A stretch of DNA of 64,000 nt from Escherichia phage EC121. The stretch is from the sequence record NC_054909.1. One strand, 5' to 3'. Every line of letters starts with the position of its first letter. The first letter of the stretch is position 1. The translations under genes were made by a program, and so were the position numbers. Shown piece by piece: positions 1 to 9,844 of the stretch. Under the pieces are notes generated by a model. That model worked only from the letters and a program-made list of their open reading frames with translations, was not told the origin of the DNA and ran no database searches.

Positions 1-503
1 TCCAAAAAGAATCAACTTATACAGCAACGTTCTGTGTTGCTTCAGCTCGTGCCGCTGCGATTCTTGCTGCATCAGGTTGGTTAAAACATAAACCAGAAGA
101 TGATAAATATCTTTCACAAAATGCCTACGGGTTCTTAGCTAATGGTTTACCGCTTTATTGCGATACTAACAGCCCATTAGATTATGTAATCGTTGGTGTA
201 GTAGAAAATATCGGTGAAAAAGAAATTGTTGGGTCAATTTTCTATGCTCCGTATACAGAAGGTCTTGACTTAGATGACCCTGAACATGTAGGTGCATTTA
301 AAGTTGTAGTTGATCCAGAAAGTTTGCAGCCATCTATCGGTTTATTAGTTAGATATGCTTTATCTGCAAATCCTTACACTGTAGCAAAAGATGAAAAAGA
401 AGCAAGAGTAATTGACGGTGGAGACATGGATAAAATGGCGGGTCGTTCAGATTTGTCTGTTTTATTAGGTGTTAAGCTACCAAAAATTATCATTGATGAA
501 TAA
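1..503 (+). CDS. 24: Head vertex protein gp24, C-terminal fragment (5' end lies outside window)
   Basis: Open frame from window edge to TAA at 501-503 (…PYTVAKDEKEARVIDGGDMDKMAGRSDLSVLLGVKLPKIIIDE); sits just upstream of rnlB as in T4. Not in ORF track because it has no start in window. Confidence 0.55.
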   Translation, partial: QKESTYTATFCVASARAAAILAASGWLKHKPEDDKYLSQNAYGFLANGLPLYCDTNSPLDYVIVGVVENIGEKEIVGSIFYAPYTEGLDLDDPEHVGAFKVVVDPESLQPSIGLLVRYALSANPYTVAKDEKEARVIDGGDMDKMAGRSDLSVLLGVKLPKIIIDE

Positions 504-507
504 AACA

Positions 508-531
508 AAGGGACCGAAAGGTCCCTTTTTA
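508..531. terminator. Bidirectional hairpin terminator between gene 24 and rnlB
   Basis: GGGACC-GAAA-GGTCCC stem-loop flanked by an A-run upstream and T-run downstream, between convergent genes. Confidence 0.6.
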
Positions 532-532
532 T

Positions 533-1540
533 TTAACTTACCAATTCAATCCAAGCCGGACGAAGTACATCTTGTACCATTTTAACTAATTCCTTCTTAA
601 TCAAAGAAGGATTATCCGCTTGAGTTAGAGTAATACCTTCACGAGAAGTTTCTTCCAAAATATCTTGAACCGTTAGTCCCATCACCTTTCCAAAATCCTT
701 TGGACCAATTTCGCCAATTTTAGAAATAACGTTATTTACGCGGTTTAGTGTAACGTAACAAGCTAAAATTCCAACCAATTTGTTATCAGCTTCTGATAGT
801 TCAACTTTAGCTTTAATAGGCTTATCAGACTTTTTCTTTTCACTAAATTTAGAGTTCTTGCATTTAATCGCTACACGAGCACCGTTTGGCAGCCATTTAG
901 GGAAACAAGGCTTCAGAACATAACCTTCTGCAGTATTATCACCAATAACATTAGCATCAAATACACAATTATTTGCTTCGACAAGGTCTTCCGATGCCGT
1001 AACGTTATAAGCGGCTAAGACGGAATCAAGGTCGTTTGGAATCATGATAAGAGCATCAAATGTTCCACGTCCAAGCATTGGTGCCATTTTAAAACCAAAC
1101 GTATTACAGAAATCTTGCATTTCGTAATCACTCATGTAATAAGTATCACCGCTTTCCGTGTTTATGATGATATCGAATACATAGAAATCTTTTTCACCGT
1201 AGTCAACACCTTTCTGAATTCCACCACCAGCGAATTCACCAAAGACTTGATATGTCACCGGCACTGAAGTTGAAATACTGTCCATGACTTCTTGAACGCC
1301 TTTAATAGCTTTATCATACTTTTTGAGTACTATTTCATAGCCATAAAAATCTTCTGCTGGAAGAATAGGACCAGTACGTTTAGCGCAAGTTACTTTATCA
1401 CGCTCAATAATCAATGAGAAATTTGTACCATGAATCTTTTCACGAGCTACCCACTCCCCACCAGTCAATCCCAAGCTATAAAGTTTTTCAATGAATTTAG
1501 AATTGTAATGATTTTCAAGACTGCTATACTTTTTAAACAT
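533..1540 (-). CDS. rnlB: RNA ligase 2
   Basis: 335-aa ORF; N-terminus [25 protein letters not shown]…[10 protein letters not shown] matches T4 Rnl2 (gene 24.1) from memory, including the KxHG(T) nucleotidyltransferase lysine motif. Confidence 0.9.
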   Translation of the reverse strand: MFKKYSSLENHYNSKFIEKLYSLGLTGGEWVAREKIHGTNFSLIIERDKVTCAKRTGPILPAEDFYGYEIVLKKYDKAIKGVQEVMDSISTSVPVTYQVFGEFAGGGIQKGVDYGEKDFYVFDIIINTESGDTYYMSDYEMQDFCNTFGFKMAPMLGRGTFDALIMIPNDLDSVLAAYNVTASEDLVEANNCVFDANVIGDNTAEGYVLKPCFPKWLPNGARVAIKCKNSKFSEKKKSDKPIKAKVELSEADNKLVGILACYVTLNRVNNVISKIGEIGPKDFGKVMGLTVQDILEETSREGITLTQADNPSLIKKELVKMVQDVLRPAWIELVS

Positions 1541-1549
1541 AATTAATCC

Positions 1550-1828
1550 TCAAAATGTAATTTCTAACCAATCACCATCACGCTGATCACTATTGACTTT
1601 AAAGCTAAATCCTTCTTTTCTCAGCCAATCACCAATTTCTTCAGTAATCAATTTATCGCGAGCAGTACAATAATAACTAAAATATGTTTTACCTTGTTCA
1701 GCTGCTTTATTAGCAAGTTCCGAAAAATCTTTAATAAAACACTCTAACTTAAACTGTTTACTTTTAAGTGCTTTTTCACGTAATTGATTAGCAAAAGATT
1801 CATTTTCATAAAGATCATACTGTTCCAT
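1550..1828 (-). CDS. Hypothetical protein (T4 24.2 position)
   Basis: 92-aa ORF, coding-dense context, synteny. Confidence 0.55.
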   Translation of the reverse strand: MEQYDLYENESFANQLREKALKSKQFKLECFIKDFSELANKAAEQGKTYFSYYCTARDKLITEEIGDWLRKEGFSFKVNSDQRDGDWLEITF

Positions 1829-2030
1829 TTTTCACCTTTTTATTAATATGCCTTTTTCTATAGACAACTTTTTCTCGAGTTTCAAATTTATTCTTAGCAG
1901 TCATAGCTCGAGCCCATAATACAGCCACTTCCTTTGCCTGTAAGTTCAATTCACGAGCAATTTCAATGAATGACTTTCCAGACTCATGAAGAGTAAACAC
2001 CACAACCTCAGTTCTCATAATCAATCTCAT
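1815..2030 (-). CDS. Hypothetical small protein with helix-turn-helix-like segment (T4 24.3 position)
   Basis: 71-aa ORF; segment SFIEIARELNLQAKEVAVLWARAM resembles an HTH. True start may be an internal Met. Confidence 0.45.
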   Translation of the reverse strand: MRLIMRTEVVVFTLHESGKSFIEIARELNLQAKEVAVLWARAMTAKNKFETREKVVYRKRHINKKVKNGTV

Positions 2031-2099
2031 GTTATCGAGTTGGTGCCATTATATACATCATTTTCTGAGTGTGTTTTGTGTGCTTTCAAAATGAAGAAA

Positions 2100-2114
2100 G
2101 GGGCCGAAGCCCCT
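2100..2114 (-). terminator. Hairpin terminator downstream of hoc
   Basis: GGGGC-CGAA-GCCCC stem-loop immediately 3' of hoc stop, followed by a T-rich run on the minus strand. Confidence 0.5.
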
Positions 2115-2119
2115 TATGA

Positions 2120-3250
2120 TTATGGATAGGTATAGATGATACCAGTTTCTAAAGCAGTTTTATGAATGATGTATCCATTACGTGATTCTTGAACATCAAC
2201 TTCTGGATAGTCTTTCATCATCTTCTGAAGGGTGTAACGATGCAGGTAGTATTTACTATCTGGATCTTCAGTTTTCCAATCTTTACCTTCTTCGGTCATT
2301 TTTTGGATTTCATCCATAACCCACCAACCGCACCAGATATAAGCCGAAGTACGATGTGGAAGAGGATGAACATAAGGCAATTCACCTTCTGGTTCTGGAG
2401 CAACTTTATCAGTTACCTGAACTTGACCTTCTGCTGTGATAGTTTTGCTATCATAATCAGTAGCAGTAACAGTTGCAGTAACTTCAATAGTTTGACTTCC
2501 AATAGATGATGTATCAACGGTGTATACATTAGTTGACCCTTCTACTGGAGAAGAATCTTTCTTCCATGAATATTCGATTTGCGCTTCTTCTGGAGCATCA
2601 GTGACATTAGCAGTAAATGTAGCCGAAGCATCTTGCTGAACGTTAATAGAAGGAGGAGTCAATGTAACCTGTGGATTCATTGTTTTCTTATTAACAGTCA
2701 ATGATACTTCATTAGAAGTAACTGTTTTTGCGTCATAATCTGTTGCTGTTACTTGCGCTACGCATTTAATTCTTTTTACTCCACTTGTAGTTGGAGTATA
2801 GCTAAATGTAGCAGAAGTCGCTTCACCAATTTGAGAATCATCTACATACCATTGATATGTAGCAGACGCTCCATCGGGTTGAGAAGCTAAGGCAGCAGTA
2901 AATTGAACTGGGGTTCCAATTACTCCAGCAGCGGGACTATTGGGAGTTACTGCCAATGTAGTTGTCTGAGTTTTGTTTTTGACTGTGATAGTTGTAGTAG
3001 CTTCTGCTATTTCAGCTTCAGATTCTGGAACTGTATTTGTTGCAACAACTTTAATAGTCTTTTGACCAGCAGGACCTTTTAATACATAATCAAAAGTTGC
3101 CGCTGATCCTTCTTGCGGAGCATTATCTACACTCCAAGCATAGGTAATAGTTCCACCTCCAGTTTCACCACTGGGTGCAGCAGTAAACTGCTTAGTTTCA
3201 TCAATAACTCCAGTAGGTGTTTTAGGAGTTATATCAACTGTAAAAGCCAT
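2120..3250 (-). CDS. hoc: Highly immunogenic outer capsid protein Hoc
   Basis: 376 aa (T4 Hoc length); repeated Ig-like segments (…ATFxYxxT…) typical of Hoc; synteny. Confidence 0.9.
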   Translation of the reverse strand: MAFTVDITPKTPTGVIDETKQFTAAPSGETGGGTITYAWSVDNAPQEGSAATFDYVLKGPAGQKTIKVVATNTVPESEAEIAEATTTITVKNKTQTTTLAVTPNSPAAGVIGTPVQFTAALASQPDGASATYQWYVDDSQIGEATSATFSYTPTTSGVKRIKCVAQVTATDYDAKTVTSNEVSLTVNKKTMNPQVTLTPPSINVQQDASATFTANVTDAPEEAQIEYSWKKDSSPVEGSTNVYTVDTSSIGSQTIEVTATVTATDYDSKTITAEGQVQVTDKVAPEPEGELPYVHPLPHRTSAYIWCGWWVMDEIQKMTEEGKDWKTEDPDSKYYLHRYTLQKMMKDYPEVDVQESRNGYIIHKTALETGIIYTYP

Positions 3251-3259
3251 AAGTTATCC

Positions 3260-3940
3260 TTATTTTAATGTTACGAAAGAAGAATTGCGTGTTTCACGAA
3301 TTAGAACTGATCCGTCGCGATTAATGTAATAAATTAAGCTAAATAAAGTTTGGTGCGCCGACGCGTGTTCAAAACTAGTTGGGTGAGATTTCCAATCCGG
3401 AGTTTCAGCAATCCACTGGTAAATCCACCAAGGAACGGTACAGAATCCTGGATTTTTTCCAATCAGTTGAAGATTCGGACTAAAGTTTTCCGGAAGAGTA
3501 AATACAGACGGCTTTTCAGATTCAATAATCTTATCTACAGCTTGTTCAAACTTTTCTTCAACAAAAGGAGTATCTTCAATCAAAACATCGGTATTTTCAG
3601 GAATTTTATCCGTTTCTACTACTTCAATTTTAATGTCAGATTTAACCGGAGAATCAATCAGAAGTGCTGCCTCTGGATTGACTTCTTCATCGTCATATTT
3701 TAATCCGTCTGCAGCATCAGCAGCATCAATTAAGTCTTTAATAGATAACCCATCAGTCTCTGGCATAGGTTCACTAGCGAGCTTCTGGAGGGCTTCTTCA
3801 ATATCATTAACGATATTATCAAAAGATTTATTCTTTTTGACTTTTATACCAAACTGTTCAGCATATTCAGCTAATTTAGCTTTAGCTTCTTTATTATCAT
3901 CAAGAGCCTTCAGCTCTGCAATATAATCTTTATCTATCAT
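3260..3940 (-). CDS. inh: Inhibitor of prohead protease (Inh)
   Basis: 226-aa acidic protein adjacent to hoc, as in T4; name assigned by synteny and size only. Confidence 0.6.
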   Translation of the reverse strand: MIDKDYIAELKALDDNKEAKAKLAEYAEQFGIKVKKNKSFDNIVNDIEEALQKLASEPMPETDGLSIKDLIDAADAADGLKYDDEEVNPEAALLIDSPVKSDIKIEVVETDKIPENTDVLIEDTPFVEEKFEQAVDKIIESEKPSVFTLPENFSPNLQLIGKNPGFCTVPWWIYQWIAETPDWKSHPTSFEHASAHQTLFSLIYYINRDGSVLIRETRNSSFVTLK

Positions 3941-3953
3941 AATATTTCCTCAG

Positions 3954-3961
3954 TATAAATA
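3954..3961 (+). promoter_or_regulatory. T4-type late promoter (TATAAATA) upstream of segE/uvsW
   Basis: Exact TATAAATA 29 nt upstream of the segE start codon. Confidence 0.5.
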
Positions 3962-3989
3962 TAGATATATTTATTACTCGGAAAATAGT

Positions 3990-4607
3990 ATGTACCACTT
4001 TGTATATGAAACAACAAATCTAATAAATGGTAAAAAGTATATAGGAAAACACTCTACTGATGACTTGAATGATGGTTACCTTGGTTCCGGTAAGGCAATT
4101 CAGCAGGCTATAAAGAAATATGGTGAAAACAATTTCTCTAGAACAATACTAAAAGAGTTTAAAACTTCCGAAGAAGCGTACATGTATGAAGAAGAAATTA
4201 TAACTCCTGAACTAATAAAAAGCAAAAATTATTATAATATGAAACCTGGTGGAATTGGTGGAATTGTTATGACTGCAGAGGTTATAGCAAAGATGAAAGA
4301 ATCTTCCGCTAAGAGATTTGAAAACTCACCGGGCACGGTATTAGGTACAACTTGTTACACTAATGGAACTAAAAATATTTTTATTAAACCTGGAGAACTT
4401 GTTCCAGAAGGATTTGTAAAAGGGATGGTTCATCTTAATAGAAAGTCCAGAAAAGGATGTAAAGTCAAACCGACTACCACAGGAACTTTTTGGGTCAATA
4501 ATGGAGCAATAAATAAATTAATACAACCAGACGGTATTATTCCCGACGGATTTATTAAAGGTCGTCTCATGAAAAGAGACTCTAAAGGCAAATTTAGTAA
4601 GGCATAA
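3990..4607 (+). CDS. segE: GIY-YIG homing endonuclease, Seg family (segE position)
   Basis: 205 aa; N-terminal GIY-YIG module (VYETTNLINGKKYIGKH…GYLGSG); lies between inh and uvsW where T4 segE sits. Confidence 0.75.
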   Translation: MYHFVYETTNLINGKKYIGKHSTDDLNDGYLGSGKAIQQAIKKYGENNFSRTILKEFKTSEEAYMYEEEIITPELIKSKNYYNMKPGGIGGIVMTAEVIAKMKESSAKRFENSPGTVLGTTCYTNGTKNIFIKPGELVPEGFVKGMVHLNRKSRKGCKVKPTTTGTFWVNNGAINKLIQPDGIIPDGFIKGRLMKRDSKGKFSKA

Positions 4608-4609
4608 TT

Positions 4610-6118
4610 ATGGATATTAAAGTACATTTTCACGACTTCAGTCATGTACGCATCGATTGTGAAGAGAGCACGTTCCACGAATTAAGAGATTTCTTTTCGT
4701 TTGAGGCCGATGGATATAGGTTTAATCCTCGCTTCAGATATGGCAACTGGGATGGACGAATCCGTCTTTTAGATTATAATCGCCTTCTTCCATTCGGTTT
4801 AGTCGGGCAAATTAAAAAGTTCTGTGATAACTTTGGCTATAAAGCCTGGATTGACCCGCAAATTAACGAAAAAGAAGAATTATCAAGAAAAGATTTTGAT
4901 GAATGGCTTTCTAAATTAGAAATCTATTCAGGAAATAAAAGAATTGAACCGCATTGGTATCAAAAAGATGCAGTGTTCGAAGGATTAGTTAATCGTCGTA
5001 GAATTCTTAATCTTCCAACATCCGCAGGTAAATCTTTAATTCAAGCTTTGCTTGCTCGGTATTATTTGGAAAATTATGAAGGTAAAATTCTTATCATTGT
5101 TCCAACAACTGCTCTGACAACTCAGATGGCTGATGACTTTGTTGACTATCGTTTATTCAGTCATGCAATGATAAAGAAAATCGGCGGTGGAGCATCAAAA
5201 GATGATAAATATAAAAATGATGCACCAGTCGTTGTTGGTACATGGCAAACTGTAGTAAAACAACCGAAAGAATGGTTCTCACAGTTTGGAATGATGATGA
5301 ATGATGAATGTCATCTTGCTACAGGAAAAAGTATTTCATCTATCATATCAGGTTTAAATAACTGTATGTTTAAATTTGGTTTGTCTGGTTCATTACGTGA
5401 TGGCAAAGCTAATATCATGCAGTATGTTGGAATGTTTGGCGAAATATTTAAGCCAGTAACGACTTCTAAATTAATGGAAGATGGACAAGTAACTGAGTTA
5501 AAAATTAATAGTATTTTTCTTCGCTATCCCGATGAGTTCACTACTAAATTAAAGGGAAAAACTTACCAAGAAGAAATAAAAATTATTACTGGACTCAGTA
5601 AAAGAAATAAATGGATCGCTAAATTAGCTATTAAGCTTGCACAAAAAGATGAAAACGCTTTTGTCATGTTTAAACACGTATCGCACGGTAAAGCTATTTT
5701 CGATTTAATTAAAAATGAATACGATAAAGTTTATTACGTATCAGGGGAAGTTGATACCGAAACACGCAACGTAATGAAAACCTTAGCTGAAAACGGTAAA
5801 GGAATAATTATAGTAGCTAGTTATGGTGTATTTTCTACTGGTATTTCAGTTAAAAATCTGCATCACGTTGTTTTAGCGCACGGTGTTAAATCAAAAATCA
5901 TTGTATTACAAACAATCGGTCGTGTATTACGTAAGCACGGTTCTAAGACAATAGCAACGGTCTGGGACCTCATAGATGACGCGGGCGTAGTTTCTAAATC
6001 AAAAACATCTTCTAAAAAATACTCGCATTTAAACTATCTTTTAAAACATGGACTTGATCGTATTCAGCGTTATGCTGATGAGAAGTTTAATTATGTGATG
6101 AAAGAGGTTAAACTTTGA
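4610..6118 (+). CDS. uvsW: UvsW DNA/RNA helicase (SF2)
   Basis: 502 aa (T4 UvsW length); N-terminus MDIKVHFHDFSHVRIDCEES… and Walker A TSAGKS, DExH-like NDECH motifs. Confidence 0.9.
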   Translation: MDIKVHFHDFSHVRIDCEESTFHELRDFFSFEADGYRFNPRFRYGNWDGRIRLLDYNRLLPFGLVGQIKKFCDNFGYKAWIDPQINEKEELSRKDFDEWLSKLEIYSGNKRIEPHWYQKDAVFEGLVNRRRILNLPTSAGKSLIQALLARYYLENYEGKILIIVPTTALTTQMADDFVDYRLFSHAMIKKIGGGASKDDKYKNDAPVVVGTWQTVVKQPKEWFSQFGMMMNDECHLATGKSISSIISGLNNCMFKFGLSGSLRDGKANIMQYVGMFGEIFKPVTTSKLMEDGQVTELKINSIFLRYPDEFTTKLKGKTYQEEIKIITGLSKRNKWIAKLAIKLAQKDENAFVMFKHVSHGKAIFDLIKNEYDKVYYVSGEVDTETRNVMKTLAENGKGIIIVASYGVFSTGISVKNLHHVVLAHGVKSKIIVLQTIGRVLRKHGSKTIATVWDLIDDAGVVSKSKTSSKKYSHLNYLLKHGLDRIQRYADEKFNYVMKEVKL

Positions 6119-6807
6119 ATTATAAATTAATATACGATAATTTAATTAATAGAGCCCAGAATCGGGCTCGCCTTAATGGATACACTGAAACTCATCATAT
6201 AATTCCTAGATGTATGGGCGGTACAGATGATAAGTGTAATTTGGTAGAACTAACAGCTGAAGAGCATTTTATAGCTCATAAACTTTTAGCTAAAATTCAT
6301 CCAAACCATTACGGTATAATTAAAGCCGTTATATGTATGGGGATGAATTCAAAGACTCATGAAAGACACGTTAATAAATCTTACGCCTGGGAACGTCGTA
6401 AAATGGCAGAACTTCAATCAGGTGAAGGTAATCCATTTTACGGAAAACACCATACGGAAGAACATAAACAATATATGTCAAAACTCATGAAAAATCGTCC
6501 AATTACATGGGGAAGTAAAATTAGTAAAACTAAAAGAATGAACCCAACAAAATGGACTGAAGAAGCTAAAAGATTGCATTCTATCAATCAATCAGGTAAA
6601 AATAATGGCATGTATGGAAGGAAACATTCCGCTAAATCTATTCAGAAAATTAAAGATAATATGCCAGATAATTCAGGAGCTAATAACCCAGCTGCTAAAC
6701 CTATAGAAGTAAATGGTGTTAAGTATAAATGTATGAAAGATGCTTCTAAAGCTACTGGATTATCAATGTACAAACTAAGAATACTTAGAAAAACAGTTAA
6801 TTTATAA
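6115..6807 (+). CDS. HNH homing endonuclease, Mob-like, with NUMOD-type DNA-binding repeats
   Basis: 230-aa ORF starting at TTG that overlaps the uvsW stop (TTGA); N-terminal ~65 aa are paralogous to the mobE product in this window (…ETHHIIPRCMGG…NLVELTAEEHFIAHKLL…); C-terminus has GK(H/R)HxxE repeats. Confidence 0.75.
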   Translation: MNYKLIYDNLINRAQNRARLNGYTETHHIIPRCMGGTDDKCNLVELTAEEHFIAHKLLAKIHPNHYGIIKAVICMGMNSKTHERHVNKSYAWERRKMAELQSGEGNPFYGKHHTEEHKQYMSKLMKNRPITWGSKISKTKRMNPTKWTEEAKRLHSINQSGKNNGMYGRKHSAKSIQKIKDNMPDNSGANNPAAKPIEVNGVKYKCMKDASKATGLSMYKLRILRKTVNL

Positions 6808-6832
6808 GGGCTTCGGCCCTTTGGAGAAAAAG

Positions 6833-7063
6833 ATGTTACTAGAATTTAAACAATTTCTTTATGAAGCTTCTATTGATGAATTTATGGGTAAAATTGCCTC
6901 TTGTCAAACATTAGAAGGTTTAGAAGAACTTGAAGCTTATTATAAGAAAAGAGTCAAAGAAACTGAATTAAAAGATACTGATGACATCTCCGTGAGAGAT
7001 GCTTTGGCAGGAAAAAGAGCTGAATTAGAAGATTCAGACGATGAAGTAGAAGAAAGCTTTTAA
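6833..7063 (+). CDS. uvsW.1: UvsW.1 small acidic protein
   Basis: 76 aa from the ATG at 6833, which is preceded by GGAG; the ORF track extends it to an upstream TTG. Matches T4 UvsW.1 in size and position. Confidence 0.6.
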   Translation: MLLEFKQFLYEASIDEFMGKIASCQTLEGLEELEAYYKKRVKETELKDTDDISVRDALAGKRAELEDSDDEVEESF

Positions 7064-7118
7064 ATTAAAAAAGGCCCAACCAAAAAGGAAGGGCCAAAAC
7101 TATAGACTAAAGGTCACA

Positions 7119-7286
7119 CTATAGCAAAAGTTGTGTTTCATTTAATTGTTCTTCCGAACTTTCTGAAACTGGTAGTTCTTTAATGTAATTATAGCAAGGC
7201 CCAGGATGTACAGGACCTTTGTCTGTTTCAACAACCAATGCAGAATCGATTGGAGTTTTACAGACAACACAAATCTTATCTGACAT
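7119..7286 (-). CDS. Small Cys-containing protein (uvsY.-2 position), absent from ORF track
   Basis: 55-aa ORF read by hand (MSDKICVVCKTPIDSALVVETDKGPVHPGPCYNY…); GAGGAG Shine-Dalgarno 7 nt upstream of the ATG. Confidence 0.45.
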   Translation of the reverse strand: MSDKICVVCKTPIDSALVVETDKGPVHPGPCYNYIKELPVSESSEEQLNETQLLL

Positions 7287-7314
7287 GATTGTCTCCTCTG
7301 AATTATATATCTAT

Positions 7315-7539
7315 TTATACAACTCTCATATGCATATCAATGCCCATATCTTTAGAATAAAAATATTCATCAAGATATCCGGCAAATTTTCCTTTAATAT
7401 AAAGGACATCTTCACTGCACGGGTGGTCGGCCAGGATACGAATATCCTGACGCTTAAGATTATACTTTTTCATTAAGAATTGAATTTCCGTTTCAAATTC
7501 TTCTTCATAATTAAAAGCATCATCAATGTTATATCTCAT
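7315..7539 (-). CDS. Hypothetical protein (uvsY.-1 position)
   Basis: 74-aa ORF immediately downstream of uvsY with start/stop overlap. Confidence 0.5.
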   Translation of the reverse strand: MRYNIDDAFNYEEEFETEIQFLMKKYNLKRQDIRILADHPCSEDVLYIKGKFAGYLDEYFYSKDMGIDMHMRVV

Positions 7540-7952
7540 TATTTTCCAGCCTCAAATGCCCGCATGTCTTGAATATGCTTAATAGCAAATCCACGTGATT
7601 TAATAGCATCAAGAGCTCCGCTACAGAAATCTAATAAAATCCCCCAATACTGTAACGAGGTATCAACCTTTAAAACATCCTTATCAGCTGATAGAACTGT
7701 TTTCATTTCTGATTTCTCATAACGATCCATACTAAATTCATCACCATCTCCTCGTCCCGAGTAGTAGTCTAATTTAGCTTTAAGAGCAACTTTTTTCTGT
7801 GCTTCAATTCTAAGCATTTCCTTTTTAATACTTGAATGCTTATTAAGCCATTTACTATATAACATCACATTATTAGCTGCTTCATACTGTAATTTAGTCG
7901 AATCTATAAACACATCTTTCTTCAATTCTTCTTGAAGATCTTCTAATCTCAT
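7539..7952 (-). CDS. uvsY: UvsY recombination mediator
   Basis: 137 aa (T4 UvsY length); sequence MRLEDLQEELKKDVFIDSTKLQYEAANN… consistent with T4 UvsY. Confidence 0.9.
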   Translation of the reverse strand: MRLEDLQEELKKDVFIDSTKLQYEAANNVMLYSKWLNKHSSIKKEMLRIEAQKKVALKAKLDYYSGRGDGDEFSMDRYEKSEMKTVLSADKDVLKVDTSLQYWGILLDFCSGALDAIKSRGFAIKHIQDMRAFEAGK

Positions 7953-7989
7953 ATTGTTCTCTATTCAATTGTTATTGGATGGACTTAGA

Positions 7990-8022
7990 TTCATTATACC
8001 ACGTTTTAACGTGAAGCATTAT
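7990..8022 (-). promoter_or_regulatory. MotA-dependent middle promoter for uvsY
   Basis: On the minus strand: MotA box TGCTTCA, 13-nt spacer, then -10 TATAAT about 40 nt upstream of the uvsY ATG. Confidence 0.5.
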
Positions 8023-8417
8023 ACTCTATTACTGGAAGCCAGTTGCAGTTTTATCTGCTCAATATCATCAGGGTTATCAATGACCGAAAAGCGTATTTCT
8101 ACTATCAGAGTATAATCATCATAAACTGGTATTACATTAACTGCTAATTTATCAATACGCGGCTCGTAGTTTCTTACTGCGCTTTCAATGTTACGCTCAA
8201 CAGTATCAGCAGTAAGAGGAGTCATATTCTCAAAAAGCTGATCAGATAAATCACATCCAAATTCCGGGTCAAATGGTCTCGACCCTTTTCTGGTTGTAAT
8301 AATTCCCAAAAGGCTATTTTTAATTGACCTTAATCCAAGAGATCTAGAAACATCTTTGTCCCAATCCATTTTCATTTCTGGGTCAATGTCAGAATAAAGC
8401 TTATTAATATTTGCCAT
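8019..8417 (-). CDS. 25: Baseplate wedge protein gp25
   Basis: 132 aa; [28 protein letters not shown]… matches T4 gp25. Confidence 0.9.
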   Translation of the reverse strand: MANINKLYSDIDPEMKMDWDKDVSRSLGLRSIKNSLLGIITTRKGSRPFDPEFGCDLSDQLFENMTPLTADTVERNIESAVRNYEPRIDKLAVNVIPVYDDYTLIVEIRFSVIDNPDDIEQIKLQLASSNRV

Positions 8418-9043
8418 TACAATAGCTCAAAGAATTCTTTGAGTCCTCTTATTACATGAGCGTGAGATTTTCCACACTCTGGACACTTAATTGGAACAGC
8501 CAAATACACAGTAGGCTTTAAAAGCATATCTTTTATAGCTACAATATCTGACTCTGTGATGATAGAATATAAATCTTCCAACTCTTTTTCATTTAAGTCT
8601 TCAATTGGAATGCTTTCACCGTTAGCATGAATCGTTTCTATACATGATACTATCATGTGGGCTATATTTTTATCATCAAAAATTTTAGGGTAATGGAACT
8701 TAATTTTAATGTCACCCAGTGTATACCAGAGGTCTTCTGGTGCATCTATTTGTGTATGTAATAGATTTATATGGGTTGGTATTTCAGTTCCGCAGGTGCA
8801 CTTCCAGGAGTTTTCGTGATTAACTTCGCCGAGAGAATGTGCCCATAAATGAATCAACAATAGTTCTGATTCTTGGCGGTTTAAATCTTTTGCATTTGTG
8901 CAGTCTTTGATTAGCTTTTTAACAATTACTTCTACGGAACCATTATTTTTGGCAGTAATAAGTTCTAGATATTCTTTAAGCGTGAATGCGCGACAATTGA
9001 TTATTTTAGAACCAACTCTCACATCAAATTTGTATTCATACAT
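8417..9043 (-). CDS. 26: Baseplate hub protein gp26
   Basis: 208 aa (T4 gp26 length); TAATG coupling to gene 25; synteny. Confidence 0.8.
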   Translation of the reverse strand: MYEYKFDVRVGSKIINCRAFTLKEYLELITAKNNGSVEVIVKKLIKDCTNAKDLNRQESELLLIHLWAHSLGEVNHENSWKCTCGTEIPTHINLLHTQIDAPEDLWYTLGDIKIKFHYPKIFDDKNIAHMIVSCIETIHANGESIPIEDLNEKELEDLYSIITESDIVAIKDMLLKPTVYLAVPIKCPECGKSHAHVIRGLKEFFELL

Positions 9044-9065
9044 ATTTTAGCTCCTTTATTTATCA

Positions 9066-9077
9066 TATTTATAAATA
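9066..9077. promoter_or_regulatory. Overlapping divergent late promoters for gene 26 (minus) and gene 51 (plus)
   Basis: TATTTATAAATA contains TATAAATA on both strands (9070-9077 plus, 9066-9073 minus), centred between the two divergent genes. Confidence 0.55.
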
Positions 9078-9094
9078 GAATAAAAGGAGCATCT

Positions 9095-9844
9095 ATGGCA
9101 AACATTATTCGTTGTAAATTACCAGATGGTGTTCATCGTTTTAAACCATTTACGGTAGAAGATTATCGAGATTTTTTGTTAGTTCGAAACGATATAGAAC
9201 ATCGGTCACCACAAGAACAAAAAGAAATAATTACTGATTTAATTGATGATTATTTTGGAGACTATCCGAAGACTTGGCAACCATTTATATTTTTGCAGGT
9301 ATTTGTAGGGTCAATAGGTAAAACTAAAGTACCGGTCACATTTGTATGTCCAAAATGTAAAAAAGAAAAGACAGTTCCATTTGAAATATATCAAAAAGAA
9401 TTAAAGGAACCTATTTTTGATGTAGCTAATGTTAAAATTAAATTAAAGTTTCCTTCTGAGTTTTATGAAAATAAAGCAAAGATGATTACTGAAAATATTC
9501 ATTCTGTTCAAGTAGATGAAATATGGTATGATTGGAAGGAAATTAACGAGTCCAGTCAAATAGAACTAGTTGACGCCATCGAGATAGAAACATTAGAAAA
9601 AATTCTCAATGCAATGAATCCTATTAATTTAACTCTACATATGTCATGCTGTAATAAGTACATTAAAAAATACACTGATATAGTAGACGTGTTTAAGCTA
9701 TTAGTTAACCCAGATGAGATATTTACTTTTTATCAAATTAATCACACACTCGTAAAAAGTAATTATAGCTTAAATTCAATAATGAAAATGATTCCTGCTG
9801 AGCGCGGATTCGTATTAAAACTGATTGAGAAGGATAAACAATAA
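9095..9844 (+). CDS. 51: Baseplate hub assembly protein gp51
   Basis: 249 aa (T4 gp51 length); synteny. Confidence 0.8.
   Translation: MANIIRCKLPDGVHRFKPFTVEDYRDFLLVRNDIEHRSPQEQKEIITDLIDDYFGDYPKTWQPFIFLQVFVGSIGKTKVPVTFVCPKCKKEKTVPFEIYQKELKEPIFDVANVKIKLKFPSEFYENKAKMITENIHSVQVDEIWYDWKEINESSQIELVDAIEIETLEKILNAMNPINLTLHMSCCNKYIKKYTDIVDVFKLLVNPDEIFTFYQINHTLVKSNYSLNSIMKMIPAERGFVLKLIEKDKQ

Noticed and set aside
2189-3926. Plus-strand ORFs of 106, 117 and 97 aa (2189-2509, 3350-3703, 3633-3926)
   Set aside because: Antisense to hoc and inh; Phe/Asn/Ile-rich translations typical of non-coding frames.
7219-7476. 85-aa plus-strand ORF
   Set aside because: Overlaps the minus-strand uvsY.-1 and uvsY.-2 genes, which have better initiation signals and synteny support.
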